From Callorhinchus milii (Eukaryota), in NCBI RefSeq assembly GCF_018977255.1, contig NW_024704743.1:55368001-55432000 (forward strand): a stretch of DNA of 64,000 nt, written 5' to 3'. The position numbers and the translations under genes are program-made. The notes under the pieces were generated by a model that was not told the origin of the DNA, searched no databases, and worked only from the letters and a program-made list of their open reading frames with translations. Shown here piece by piece: positions 24,388 to 37,030 of this stretch (its first letter is position 1; the number at the start of each line of letters is the position of its first letter).

Positions 24388-27300
24388 GTAAGGAGCTCCG
24401 ATTCCCATTGCAACACCTGCAATTTTGCCCCATCCGTCCTGCACTTCAAACAGCAGCACTCGCCTTTTGCCCTTTGTTGAACTCGCTCCTGTCTGCCATC
24501 ACTGTAACATTTGCTGCTGGGTTTCCCTGTAGGATGGGCTGACGAAGTGAATTGGGTTCAGACCTACGAAGAAGGTCTGCACAAAGCCAGAAAGAGGTAA
24601 TGTCATTTGTTTGTTTTTTTTGTTTTTTTTTTGTTTTTTTTTAATTCCCCCCCAAAGGCGCTCTCTAGCGCCCACCTGTACCTGTTCTGCACCTGTTAGT
24701 CTCTTGCTGTGAACTTACAGGTGTGTTTCTCTCTCTCTCTCTCTCTCTCTCTGGGTGTATATTGTTAGACATTTTGGTAAACGACTTCAAGAGTGATATG
24801 TTCCAATGAGTCAAATGCACCTGAAAATGGGGGGGAATTGGAAGAATGCAGGAAATAGTGCGAAAAGTAGGATCCCAGCAATGCAGGGGGTTGGGGGGAA
24901 TGCAAAAGAAAGATATGATCCATTTGCACAGGGGGGAGGTGTTAATAGAGCGATGGTGACAAGGAGGGGGAAAAAAACCCAGAGAGATTCAGATTTTTTT
25001 TTTAAAAAAAGGATAGATGCAAAGGATAAGATTTTCAGAAACATGTCAGGATGCTAGGTGTGAAATTGGCACAGCCAGCAGTGATTTATTTTGTTGTGCT
25101 TGGCTTTTTTTTTGGATCTAACATTGCTGGAAGTTGTGCCACAGAGTGGTAAACTGTAGGTGTGCAATGTAGCCAAGAGCCATTTGTATAAAGTTTGAGG
25201 GAGGTTGGGGTTTGATGAGTGGCAAAGGTGGGAACATGCTTTCTGCTGTCTCAGAAGGACTGGATACATTTGGAATATATTCCCTGAGCCTGAGGCGGTT
25301 CAGGTATTTTTTTTTAAAAAAAGTAAAATAAATAATGAAAGGAATTTAGAAGGTGAGGAAAGAAGGGCTCTTCCCTCTGGTAAGGAATACTTTCAAAGTG
25401 AAATGTAAATAGAAACCAGTATTTTGTACATGTTTTTCTCCCACTTAAAGTGTTAGGAGAATGTAGAAGTGTATTACCCCTACAAGCTATATATGCAGAA
25501 TTAGTCAAAATGTTTAAAAGTGAAGTAGTAACATACTTGAAGTGTAAGGGCATTTAAAAAAAAACACAATTTGCCTGCCCATCCTGAGCTGGGGAGCTTG
25601 TACAGCCAGAGGCATATTACAGAAAATGGGGAAGTGATAAATTTGCATGAAACTTTTACAATGAACCGAAAGCTTCACATTGTGAGATAATTGTTTACCA
25701 ATTCTGCCATTCATCTCTTTGTGCATTAACTCCTCTCCACATTGAATTATGCGTAAATATATATTTTATAGGATTTAAAAATAAGAGGCTTAAGATTCAG
25801 AGTAGCGCAGGTGTTATATGTATGAATGGATGATTCCACATTAGCTCTTGTTGATAGTGGGTGAAAGACTGGGTGATCTATCTGATTAGAAATCATTCTG
25901 GTACCCACCTTTGGCTACATCATATCTTGCGATAGACATTCCTGCTTTTACTTCAGCTCAATAACACCTTGACGACTTAGAGCACAGTTTAAGTCCATCT
26001 GTTGCACTCAACCTGTCTAGTAATCCATTGTCTTCAATTCTCATACTTTTTACATGTGTTTACTTTCCTTCAACTTTTTTTTTAGTTTGTGTGTCCCAAT
26101 TATTTCGCTAATTTTCTGGGTTGTGATTCCAAACACTATTTTCAAGAAGCATCATGCTCTGTCAATAAACTTGTGAATGACATGGGGAAACGTGTCCGAG
26201 AGATACAATACATGTGAAGGATAACCCCAAAACTCTGAGAGTGAGCTCTTATGCAGTGTAACCTGTATGTTAACTAGGTCATTGCCATGCAGTCTAATCA
26301 TAGCCAAACCTCTACAGTGTCTCCAACTTGGGAGCTAGAATCTGTTCCTAATTTCTGTATTAGTAGGGTTAGCAACAATATATCATTTTAAAATAAATCT
26401 TGTCTAGAATTAGCAGAAATTTGCCTGTAGAAATTGTTAATGTAAATGTTTGCTTTTATTACTGTAACGTGAGGCATTCCATCCATAAGAAAACCTTGAC
26501 TCCAACACACTCTTTGATGCTTCTATAATTGTGCATTGCCGTTGGTAACATAGTGAATCAATCATAGCTAATTTTACACACTGTTATTGGATTTGGTCCT
26601 GTTAATGAAATGATTCTCCTGATTTATATACTGTCAAGTTAATTCAAGGGGGACTGTCTGATGCACTGAATCAACACCGTAGCCTTTCGCCTCTTGGTCT
26701 TGTTTTGATCCAGTTTGAACAGATGGGAAAAGATTTCATCTGGGTCCTTTTTTGTTTTAGTATGAAACACACTTTGGAAGTTTAATCCAATCTCTAATAG
26801 AAAACTACCTATAATATGGTGCTAAATTGCCTCACAAGCCATAAGGGTGGCTAGCATGGGAAATGGAAATAATACGCTAGAACAACAAAGATATGTATTG
26901 AAGTTGAACTGGAATAGAGGAAGCAAATGTATGAAGTGGAGAGAAGAATTGTTTACCAACTCTGCTATTCATCTCTTTATGCATTAAATCCTCCCCAGAT
27001 TGAATTATGCATAATATATATTTTATAGGATTCAAATGTGAATTCATCAGCTATTTAGTTTATTTGCTTGTGTGTGGCGTTCAGTAATCATTTTGCTTTA
27101 AAAAATTTTTACAACTTAGCAACCGGCCTTTGATGGTGATCCACCATTTGGAAGACTGCCCTTACAGCCAAGGTAAGTGATATCTTCCAAAAGAAAACAA
27201 GCAAATTCTGCACACTTTATGGTTAAAACAAGTAATTGAACATTTTACTTTATTCCAGTATGAAATGTTTATTATAACTTTATTCAGGATGGCTGAATTT

Positions 27301-30300
27301 GTGTTATTCCTTTAATAAAACTTCTTTCTTTTTTATAATAGCTCTTAAGAAGTCATTTGCTGAGAACACAGAAATTCAGAAGATGGCACGTGAAGATTTT
27401 GTCATGCTTAATCTTCAGGTAAATGAGAAAAGCAGATCCTTAGTCCCACTTTATTAAGATGGCTTTTATATATCCCAAATAGCTTTTCAAAAAGCAAACA
27501 GATTAATATTTGAAAGGATTATCCGGCTAATAATATTCCTCCAGGGTGCTTTTTATTTTCATAGCTTAATCTTATTCCCATTTTGTGATCTCTGCAAGCA
27601 CAAGTATGTGTTAATACAGTTCGATCCAAAATTAAATTTATTGCATAAATTCATTGCACAAAGTTAATGTTTCAAATGAAGTGCTCGGGGGCTCCCAGAA
27701 AACACTAGATCGAGCAAAAGTTCCATTTCAGCAATCACAGCACTCATCTCCGTGACCGCAATCTTCCCCACAATCCTTACTTACTAAAACATAATTGTCT
27801 TTAAATTATAAGATTGTAATCTCCTTGAATTGGGAGTCCATCAGTTGGTTTAAATGAAATTATAATGTGTTGGATTTGAAATACCCAGGGGTGCCTCAGA
27901 AATTCCCCTCTTTACCCTTTCTCCCCAAACAGTAATGAAGCCAATCCATATTTGTTTAATTGTAGTGTGAGGCTAAGGCAGCTTGTTGATGGTTTAACTT
28001 TTAAAATCATGATTATATTAATAATACTTGCATTTGATATAACAACTTTCATATCAGAAGGATGTTCAGAAGTGCACATCAAAGCACTTTACAGGATTTA
28101 CTGTAAAGTGTAATGATTGTGTATTTTGTAGGTGAATGAGGCAGCTAAGTTTGCATATACCAATGACCCACAAACATCCATGAAGTGAATGACCAATTTT
28201 TATCTGGGGATACACAGGTGAAAATGTTACCCCAATGGAATAGATAAAGAATGACTTGTTGAAAGGTCTATGGGTTCTACTTACAGTTCCAAATGGGTTT
28301 GTTCTCGCAGCAAAACTGCTGAAAATTTGTATATGAATTGACGATCCAGTTTATAGTATACCTAGTGTGAAAATTACCAATATCTCCTTGACCCACTAGG
28401 GGGTGCAATTCTAATGTTGGGATTAAAACATTTCAATGGAGAAGGGTTGAGAGTTCTTCATTCTGAATTGGTGCTTGACCTTAGCTGGAATTCCTTGACA
28501 CTTACCAAAAATAGGCCAAGTACATCACCAACAATTACACAATCAGAACGGCTTCTAACCTGTTTTATTTTTCATTGAATCACTTGAATTATCAATTAGT
28601 ATAACTGTATCCAAGTCTTTGAGCTTTTTTTTGATTAAAATGTATTTTTATTACAGTTTGAAACAGAGGACAAAAACCTGTGGCCTGATGGTCAGTACGT
28701 TCCCAGGATACTTTTTGTAGGTAAGGATTGTAAATCTATGTTGGTCATCTGGAATATTACCTGAGGTTTTTATTATATCCATTTGATAGATAAAATAAAT
28801 TGCGGTGACTATGGATCCATTTTTCTCATCAGAAGCAGCTTCTCTATGAACAAGAGCCTGATGACGATTAGCACACAGATTTTAGCAGAATACCCACAAA
28901 GGAGAGAGATAAAACACCATGCAGGTGTTAGTTAGTTGGACCACACAAATGGTCTTTGAGCCTCAGGTCACACGTCTATTAGTGCAATGGCACCAGGGTG
29001 ATACTGTACTCTAGAGGGAGGAATTTTCATGCCAATAGTAAACATGAACAGGCACTATGCTAGAAAAAAGCAAAGAATTCACTCTATTGTGATTTTTTTT
29101 AAATGCGAACATCATATTTTGGTAGATGATCACAGTGATCAAGATCAATTGTTTTGTCATGGGCTACAAAAATTATTCTATTACATTTTTTTTACCCACA
29201 AGTACAGTACTCCTACATAGTTACATTTATTTTCACCTGACTAGAATATTCTTGGTTCAAAAACAAGCTTGTGCAGATTATTTTTAATTAAATTATGTTT
29301 TTTTCCTTTTAACACAGATCCTTCATGGACAGTGAGAGCAGACATTGTTGGACAGTATCAAAATCGGATGTACACATATGAACCTCAAGACATTGACATT
29401 TGTAAGTCTCACTAGCTAATATCAAAGAGATATGATTACTGAATAAAGAACGTTTCCCCAGTTTTATAATAGTTAAAGGCACTGGCTGTTAAGTAATGGT
29501 CCATACAGAGTAGAAGGATAGAGTCCCTAGTCTCAGTCAGTGCTGATCTCAGGTGGGGTTGCTTTGGGAGCATTACATTTGACCTCTGGGTTTGGAATAT
29601 TTTGATGATTTTCTTTGATCAGACGAGTATCTGACCCTGCGGTAACCCGTCAACATGCTTAACAGCATCCAAACCAGACTGAGAATGCCACTTGCAAATG
29701 GAAATTTCCCTGTGCCTGTAATGGGATGCATACTCCCTCCTTGGAGGGATGCACTTTGCTTACCTAATTCCGAAGAGTATTAACTGCTAGCTGGCAAGTG
29801 CTAATGTTTGGGGACATTTTGAGAATGGGATCAATAACAATATTTCAGATTTTTGTATTGGAGGGGGAATTGACTTCAAATTGAAATTTATTTCTGGAAT
29901 AGGCATTGACCCAAATAGTTTTGTATCATATTGGAATGAGGAAATGTTTTTTTAAAAAAACATACTCAGTGGCCCAGAAGTTTCTTTTGGAGAAACTGGC
30001 ACCTAAAATCTTCTAGATTGGTAATGTTTTAAACTTTGCTTGCATAATTTGCACTATTTAATTGACTTGAACTTTGGATGGATGACAAAATGCTCAAAAT
30101 TCACATCCCCATGGTGTCAAAAGCTAAGTTAATAATTACAAAGGACCACGGGACAATATTTCCATTCTTAAGTGAAAACCATATATGGGCCAGTTAGTAA
30201 AAGATGGCATTCTCAGTTTGGTTTGGAAACTCTTAAAGCATGGTGATGCGTTTCTGCTTTTGTCAGACACCTGGCTGACCAAAAAAAAGTAAAGAAACTG

Positions 30301-30901
30301 TCTCTTGGGAGATTGATTGGTGCAAATCCTTAATGCCCCTGGATTGACTGTGTCTTTATTTAGTTATGTCATCTCATCTATCAAATAGTAAGGATACTAC
30401 ATTTAGTCAGGCAGCCCAGGTGAGGGAAGGGAGAATGCAGCCTAGTTTTTGCTTTTTTTTCCCCATCATTATCCAATGATGCCCTGCTTAGAGTAGCTTA
30501 GACATTGGGTCAGGGTAGAATTGAGTGTGATACCCTCACCATCAAATAAACAGTAAGACTGTCAGCTACGAGATTCACACATGAAGAATTACCATTCAGG
30601 TGAGATAAAAGATTTCACTTCAGAAGGTGAAACTGCCACAGAAGCAAGTCATCCATTACAATTTCCAGAATAACTAATCAATCATATGAATGAATAATTT
30701 AGACAGGGAGCAGACTATTGCCATAATAAGGACAGGAAGTGATAGAATAATAGGATGGCAATGACAAAGGAGCTTTTTCTTATATTCTTTATTCACATGA
30801 ATTCTAACTTGTGTCCTAAATATTATGTAACCAAATGATGTTTCTTTTCAGTGATTAAAAACATGAAAACCGCCAAGATCCTGGTGAAAACAGATTTCTA
30901 A
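24231..30901 (+). CDS. ag1: Anterior gradient family protein (AGR, PDI-like), most similar to Ag1/Agr1; AGR2/AGR3 not excluded. Join 24231-24387, 24533-24596, 27120-27172, 27342-27418, 28657-28720, 29318-29401, 30852-30901; 182 aa
   Basis: Exons of 157+64+53+77+64+84+50 = 549 nt join in frame across GT-AG introns. Translation: [185 protein letters not shown] motifs LSRGW, QTYEE, HHLEDCxxS and PDGQYVPRI are present. Family call is very secure; the paralog symbol is tentative. Confidence 0.93.
24533..24596 (+). CDS. ag1: AGR gene coding exon 2 ([22 protein letters not shown])
   Basis: ctgtag| acceptor, 64 nt, AG|gtaatg donor. Confidence 0.95.
24728..24751 (+). repeat. (CT)n microsatellite
   Basis: tctctctc... 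run. Confidence 0.9.
25689..27035 (+). repeat. ~90-bp diverged direct repeat pair (25689-25779 and 26947-27035) in an AGR intron
   Basis: aattgtttaccaa(t/c)tctgc(c/t)attcatctcttt(g/a)tgcattaa..attgaattatgc..atatatattttataggatt, roughly 90% identical. Confidence 0.85.
27120..27172 (+). CDS. ag1: AGR gene coding exon 3 ([17 protein letters not shown]; CxxS motif)
   Basis: cttag| acceptor, 53 nt, G|gtaagt donor. Confidence 0.95.
27342..27418 (+). CDS. ag1: AGR gene coding exon 4 ([26 protein letters not shown])
   Basis: Polypyrimidine tract plus atag| acceptor, 77 nt, CAG|gtaaat donor. Confidence 0.95.
28657..28720 (+). CDS. ag1: AGR gene coding exon 5 ([21 protein letters not shown])
   Basis: ttacag| acceptor, 64 nt, G|gtaagg donor. 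Confidence 0.95.
29318..29401 (+). CDS. ag1: AGR gene coding exon 6 ([28 protein letters not shown])
   Basis: acacag| acceptor, 84 nt, T|gtaagt donor. Confidence 0.95.
30852..30901 (+). CDS. ag1: AGR gene last coding exon ([16 protein letters not shown])
   Basis: ttttcag| acceptor, 50 nt to TAA at 30899-30901. Confidence 0.92.
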
Positions 30902-31070
30902 GAGAATTGGAAGAGGTTTATCTTCCATAAGCTTCAACAGTTACATTATTTCATTACTTGTAACCTGAGTAAACTCATTGTCTGGAATCTGATTGTACTG
31001 ATGTGTGCAGAAGAGATGTAAATAAGGCTCTCTCCACAAGGCCATTTGAAACTCTAAGCAATGACTTTTT

Positions 31071-31294
31071 AATAAATCATTTTGATACAGATAGTTTCTA
31101 TGTGTACAGATCCTGGAAATCTCAAGAGAATTTTTTCTCATGTGGTTTTATACTCTACAACTACATAATGTATTTATTTCACACTTTCTTAAACTGTAAG
31201 CTTATCTTTTTGTTTGTTTTTTTGGAAAATTGACAAGTACTTCCGAATGGCACTTGACCTTTATACTGGAGATCATAAGCACACAGTGAATAAA
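31071..31294 (+). terminator. Candidate polyadenylation signals of the AGR gene (AATAAA at 31071 and 31289)
   Basis: Two canonical hexamers ~170 and ~390 nt after the stop; the second is followed by GT/T-rich sequence. Confidence 0.55.
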
Positions 31295-32820
31295 TAATTA
31301 AACAATTGATGTTTGGGTATCAGATTGTAAATTTTTTTTATTCTTCTCAGAAGCAAGGTTCTCACCTTAATTACACAGTCACTACATTTTGCAGTAAATC
31401 AGTGAAATACATCCTCCTGATATGAAAGGCAAAAAATATTATTCATTAAGTTTAACAGATCTAAAAGAAAGTTTAGAGAGAACTACTTTACATGGAGGGT
31501 GATGAGAATGTAGAACTTGTTGCCAGAAGGTATGGCTCAAGCAGAAAGTGTTGATGAATTTCAGAGGAAACTACATAAATACATGAAAGAAATAGAGGAT
31601 TATGGGGGGGAGGGAGGTGGCTCACGAAGAGTATAAACACCCAGATGAAGAAGGTCAACCTGTTCTGGTGTTATGGCTATGAGTAATTCTAGATTTCTCT
31701 CAGATGGCCATTAGAGCTTGAAATTTGGATGTGTTTTTAAAATCTCTGCAGAGAGTTCCCAGACCAAAGTTATTGTTAAAAGGTGTAAGCTGAGTCCATC
31801 CCAGCAGAAAACTGGGTCCATGTTTTATTCCATGTTTGCGCACAACAATGTCTCACTATTTGGAAAATTGTTGGCTAGGACACTGGGAGAAACTCCCTTA
31901 TTGTTTTGAATAGTACCAGGGGTTCTTTAAAGTCCACCTGAACAGGCAGACAGGACCTCAGTTGATCCTTAATACAAAAATGCAGGATTCAATGAAAATC
32001 CCACTAAGGAGTTTAGTTTGATAATCATCATCTTGTGAATTAGCAAAACAGCATGGGAGAGAAGAAAACCTTTGTCATAAGAGGAAGGAATTTTAATCCA
32101 AACTGTTTACTTCTTTCAGTGTATTGGTCACAATTTTGTTCAACTTTTATGGTGCCAATAAATTGAGTTAACTATACCTTTGATTTTTTTAGTTTGAGAT
32201 TTTTTTCACTTTTATAGAAATTAACATGACAAAGAATGTGTTTGAGAGCAGTGATATTTATCATTCAGTGTTATCGTGTTATCTTTGCCATTCTCTACTG
32301 ATGAAAGAAAGACCTATTTGAAAGCAGACATGACTTGAGTTTTCCACCTCAGTTCTGCCTTCAGCCATAAATTCAAACAGCAATGATGGGGAGTGTTGGG
32401 AAACTAATGTGCAGCACTTTAAAGGCTGTAAAGTGCACTCATTCCATTATTCAAGAACATGTTCTGAATTCTCCAAAATGGGATTTAATTAATGATATTC
32501 ATAAACTGGATTCAATGTGTTTATTATGAACATTGGGAACTTTGCCAGGTTCCCAAAAGCCAATTAATCCAGAAAAATGTTGTTTTTCCCTGTATCAAAT
32601 TTGTAAATACAGGTATTGGTATTCAGACTCAGAAGGCTGATTCAAAGACAACTTTGTCATACGTGATGATGTTATGTACTGTGGCCTGCGACCTTCACTT
32701 TTTTTATATACAAAATGCTTTTGGCCCATTCTTAATTTGAGACAATTCATCTGGTGCTTTTGAAAATCATTTTAAATATTCATACATTTTAGCATCACGT
32801 TTATTATTCTTAGAAATAAG

Positions 32821-33226
32821 TGCGTCAGCCTGACTCAGTTGGTAGCACTCTGCTTCCAAGTAAGGAGGTTGGAATGTTCAAGTCCGATGTCGGGATTTGA
32901 AACTCACAGTCCCAGCTGTCACTACATTGCTGGGGTGTGCAGGATTGTTGGAGGTGCCGTCCTTTGAATGAGATGTTAAATTGATGTCCAGTTTGCCTGT
33001 TCAACTCCTAAAGATCCCATGGCACTATTCGAAAAGAGAAGGGAGTTTCTCCCAGTGTCCGAGCCAACAATTCCCCAGATAGAATTCACATCATGGCTAT
33101 TTGTGGGACATAGCACTGCACTGGAGTGTCAGTAGGCTATGAGTTCAAAGTCCTGACCTGGCATTTGAACTCGCAATGTTCCAGCTCAAGACACAAGAAT
33201 GCTATCACCTAAGCCAGGCTGACACA
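32821..33226. mobile_element. Two family A SINE pieces in inverted orientation (+ 32821-33110; - 33111-33226)
   Basis: Starts tgcgtcagcctgactcagttggtagcact and ends with the reverse-complement head aagccaggctgacaca. Confidence 0.75.
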
Positions 33227-35617
33227 CCAACAAGGTTCTGTCACTTGTTAATTCTATTAAGGCTTTACCTTGCAATTTCAACAACATGTCTACACCTCTA
33301 AATTTTATTGATACAACAGCCAAGAAAGTTTACCATCAACAATGCTTTATATTAATATAGTTTAAGCTTGATTACCAGATGCTGAACCTTACTGAACAGG
33401 ATGGAAATAATTTGCTCTCACACTCTTCTGGTAGGAGATTATTTGTACTCCATCTCATTCAGAGAACAGCAAGTACCATGGAGAATAACTTGAAAAGCCA
33501 AAGATGATATTGTGTCATGGGAACAGAAAAGTCACATTTAATTCTATGCAACTCAAATGAATAATTCCTAGATTGAAAAAAATGAAAAAAGCCAAAACAT
33601 TTTGACAATTTGTACTTCTGTGAATAGCTTTTTTGTTTTTCTTAAAATTGTAGATGTTAAGCATCATTTATCTTGGTCCAATATCATCTTTCATCAATAA
33701 AATATCAATAGTTACTGCAAACAGGTGATGCATTTCCAAATTTGGCATTGATTTCAGGGTTATCCTGCTTGGTTCCAACCAGCACCTCCTCACCTCAGGC
33801 ACTGACTGTATTAATCTCCCAGTTCCCCACTCCAGCTCATGGGGCCACAATGCTATCTTGGTATTTTGTTTGACCCTCACCTCTTTAAGCTTTTCATCTG
33901 GTCTCTACCCACCTGCTTTCCTTAATTTCTGCAACATTGCCCATCTGCATCACCATCTTACCCCCAACATAGTCTCATTCATGCTTTGTCACCTCCACAC
34001 TCAAATTCTCCAACACACCGATCACCAGCCTTCCCAGTCTACATCATCTCCCGCATATGATTCATTCCAAATCTCGCCAGGCTTCTTATCCTCTAGCACA
34101 TCAACTTTTATGATCCTTATCCTCAAATGCCTCCACAGCATTACCTCACTGTACCTTTGTGATCTCCTCCTACTCTGCCCACTCCCGTCACTCTGCCAGT
34201 TCTGGCTCCTTGCTTCGTTCTACCTGTTGAATTAGTTTTCAGACATTTTGTCCCACTCTCTGGAACTCTCTCCATAAATCCCTTGCCTCACATAATCCAT
34301 TTTTAAAACCCATGTAAAAACCTCCCTCTGACTGCACCTTCAGTCACTTTCCCTCCAGCTCCCTGTCCCCCTCAAAATTGGGGCCCCTACTCCATCTCTG
34401 TGAATAACTTGAGATGTCCTCTTATGTTAAAGGCACGATAAGTGAAAATTGTTGAAGTTTTTGAAAACATAAACTGGAGCCGATAAATAAACAAATGATT
34501 CCACCAGTGAATAAAATTCAATAGCTCACAAATCCAAAACGGAAGTATTATAATTTGTGCTTAATGGAATAAATCCTTCAGCTCCTCATTCCAAGAATAC
34601 AGCAAACATTATACTTATGAGCCTTACTCAGATATCTGGCCAAGGTATTTATTATATTAAGGTCACAAGTTAATTTTAAACTAACATATACAACGTGACT
34701 ACTGTGTCCCTCCACTGTAGGTTCATCTTACAAAGAGTAAAATAACTTCCAACTGTAAGAGGAGTATTGCAATGTGCAGGACTGTGTTTAAACAATTAAA
34801 TCAGATGTGCCCAACAAGGGCATGTTTAAAATTACTCTTTGAACCAGTTACTGACAAATACAGAACCAGGATACAGTTCAGGTATTTCTGCAATCCTTTC
34901 CTGAAATGCCCTGTATGTCTATCATACCACAGGCCTATCATACCACAGGCAGTTTAGAACAATTTACATCTTAATTTTTTAAAATCTTGTTTCCATGAAC
35001 GTACGCACAAGCACAGAAAAATACCCCTCCATATAGAGTAATGGCAGCAGCAGTTTCCGAGCTCTTCATATTGTAATCCTGGAAGTGAAGTACAGAATTT
35101 GTTTGCAGGGTCACCTTAACCTGTACATAATATACTGTGGCACTGCTTCATGACGTTGTGAAAAGCTTTTAACCCAAAGAAAAAAAAATGTCTCATGCCT
35201 CTTAAATTGGCGTTTGGCTGTCGGAATTAAAATAGATCAAAACTACTTACAGACAAAATTGCGGAACTGCCGGGGGAGGGTGGGAACAAAACTTAAATTT
35301 AAAACATGTTATATTTTGTTTTTACATGCCTTTAATGGAGCTGATGGCTCATGGTATTTTGCTAATTATTTTGTTTCAGCAGCCTTTCCCCAGGAGCACC
35401 TCCTGATTTTATTAAGCTAGGAGGGGAAAGGAAGCTTGATTTTGCTAAACTGCTGCTCTTTATGCTGTGTTTATACTTATGTGAGCAAAGCTGTCTCACT
35501 GTCAGCTGACAAGCGAGGAGAAGCAATAGAAGCCTAATTTATACTTCCCCTCCCCCTCACATAAAAACATTTCCTGATTCAAAAATTCTGTGCAGTTTTG
35601 GGCATCAATTGTTTTAT

Positions 35618-36010
35618 TCAGGCCTTCCACGGCCTTGCTCCCCACTACCTCTGCGACCTCATACCATCCTGCTGGCTCCCTCCACTCAGCGGGCTCCAGC
35701 CTACTTCATGTCCCCCGACTTGCTCACCCCACTGTTGGCGGATGGGCTTTCTACGCTCTGCCCCCACCCTCTGGAACTCCATCCCGCAGTTCCTCCGTCT
35801 TGCCCCCTCCCTTGCCACCTTCAAGACCCATCTCAAGACCCTCCTCTTCGACTGTGTTTTCGATCTCCCTGCTTTCCCCCTGCCCTCCACCCTCCCCCAC
35901 CCCGACCCCCAGCTCGGGTCCAAAACTCTGTCTGTCCAGCGCCTTGGGACATCCTCCTGACGTGAAAGGCGCCATACAAATGTAATTTTGTTGTTCTTGT
36001 TTGTTGTTGT
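35618..36010 (+). mobile_element. L2 3' fragment with (TTG)n tail
   Basis: AFHGLAPHYLCDL..LWNSIP..FKTHLKTLLF; tail as in 43090-43151. Confidence 0.85.
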
Positions 36011-36584
36011 TTATTAGAGTGGTTGTACTTTTAATGTTATCAAACGAGCACTGGTGGCTATTGATAACATTAACAATCCATTTAAGATTTCTGGACAATT
36101 CATTTGATTGCTCAAGGGCTTTCAACAGACCATTGGAGACACTGCCTTGTGCAAACCACACTGCGTAAACTGCAGAGGAAGAGAATTGCAACGGTCTTAA
36201 AACTCCATCCTCCAAGTTGTATGAGGTATGGGGTCGGAGACTATTTGCACTGGCTCAACCCCAATTTACATAACATATTTTGTAATGCCCCAACCTGTCA
36301 TCCCAACAACCAATACCAACATCATAATAAATGAGCATTGCTAGTATCCCATATACCTGTCAGGCCAACTGGCTTTAAAAGTTCCTATTTTAATTAGGTA
36401 AGATTTTCCATTGTCCAGCCCTCAGGTGCAACTCTAATATAATATTGTTAAAAAANGTAGTAACTAGCACATTCTCCTTCATTTTTCTTCAGAATTCTAG
36501 GGTAAATCCCACCTTGATTTTGGTTAGTTTTGACCTTATTTAATTATTGTAGCCCAGGTCTAGTGGGATTTTTTTTTTGCACCT

Positions 36585-37030
36585 GCATGTCGACCTTCCC
36601 AATTCTTCCCTCCACAAGCTGCAGATCATCCAAAACTCTGCAGCTCGTGTCCTCTCCTGTTCCGGGCTCTGTGACCCCCATCACACCCAACCTCGCCCAC
36701 TACACTGACTCCCCATCCCTCAGAGGATCGAGTTCAAAATTCTTGTCCTCATATTCAAGGCCCTCCATGGTCTTGCCCCCCCTACCTCTCCGACCTGCTA
36801 AACTCTTATCAACCTGTTCGCTCAGCAGGCTCCGGCCTGCTCCATGTCCCCCGCCCGGCCCGGCGGTCGGGCCTTCAGCCACTCTGCCCCCATCCTCTGG
36901 AACTCCATCCCACATTCCCTTCCCTCGCTCCCTTCTTTGCCTCCAAGGCACGTCTCAAGACCCTCCTCTTCGACCGTGCCTTCCGACACCCTCCTACACT
37001 CTCTGCCCTTCACCGTCCCTGATTCCAAAC
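36585..37030 (+). mobile_element. L2 ORF2 C-terminal fragment
   Basis: Nucleotide similarity to 42590-43000 (ctccacaagctgcag..aactctgcagctcgtgt..tggaactccatccc). Confidence 0.8.

Noticed and set aside
36456..36456. Single ambiguous base n
   Set aside because: Assembly ambiguity next to an A-run; it only indicates that local base-level errors are possible.
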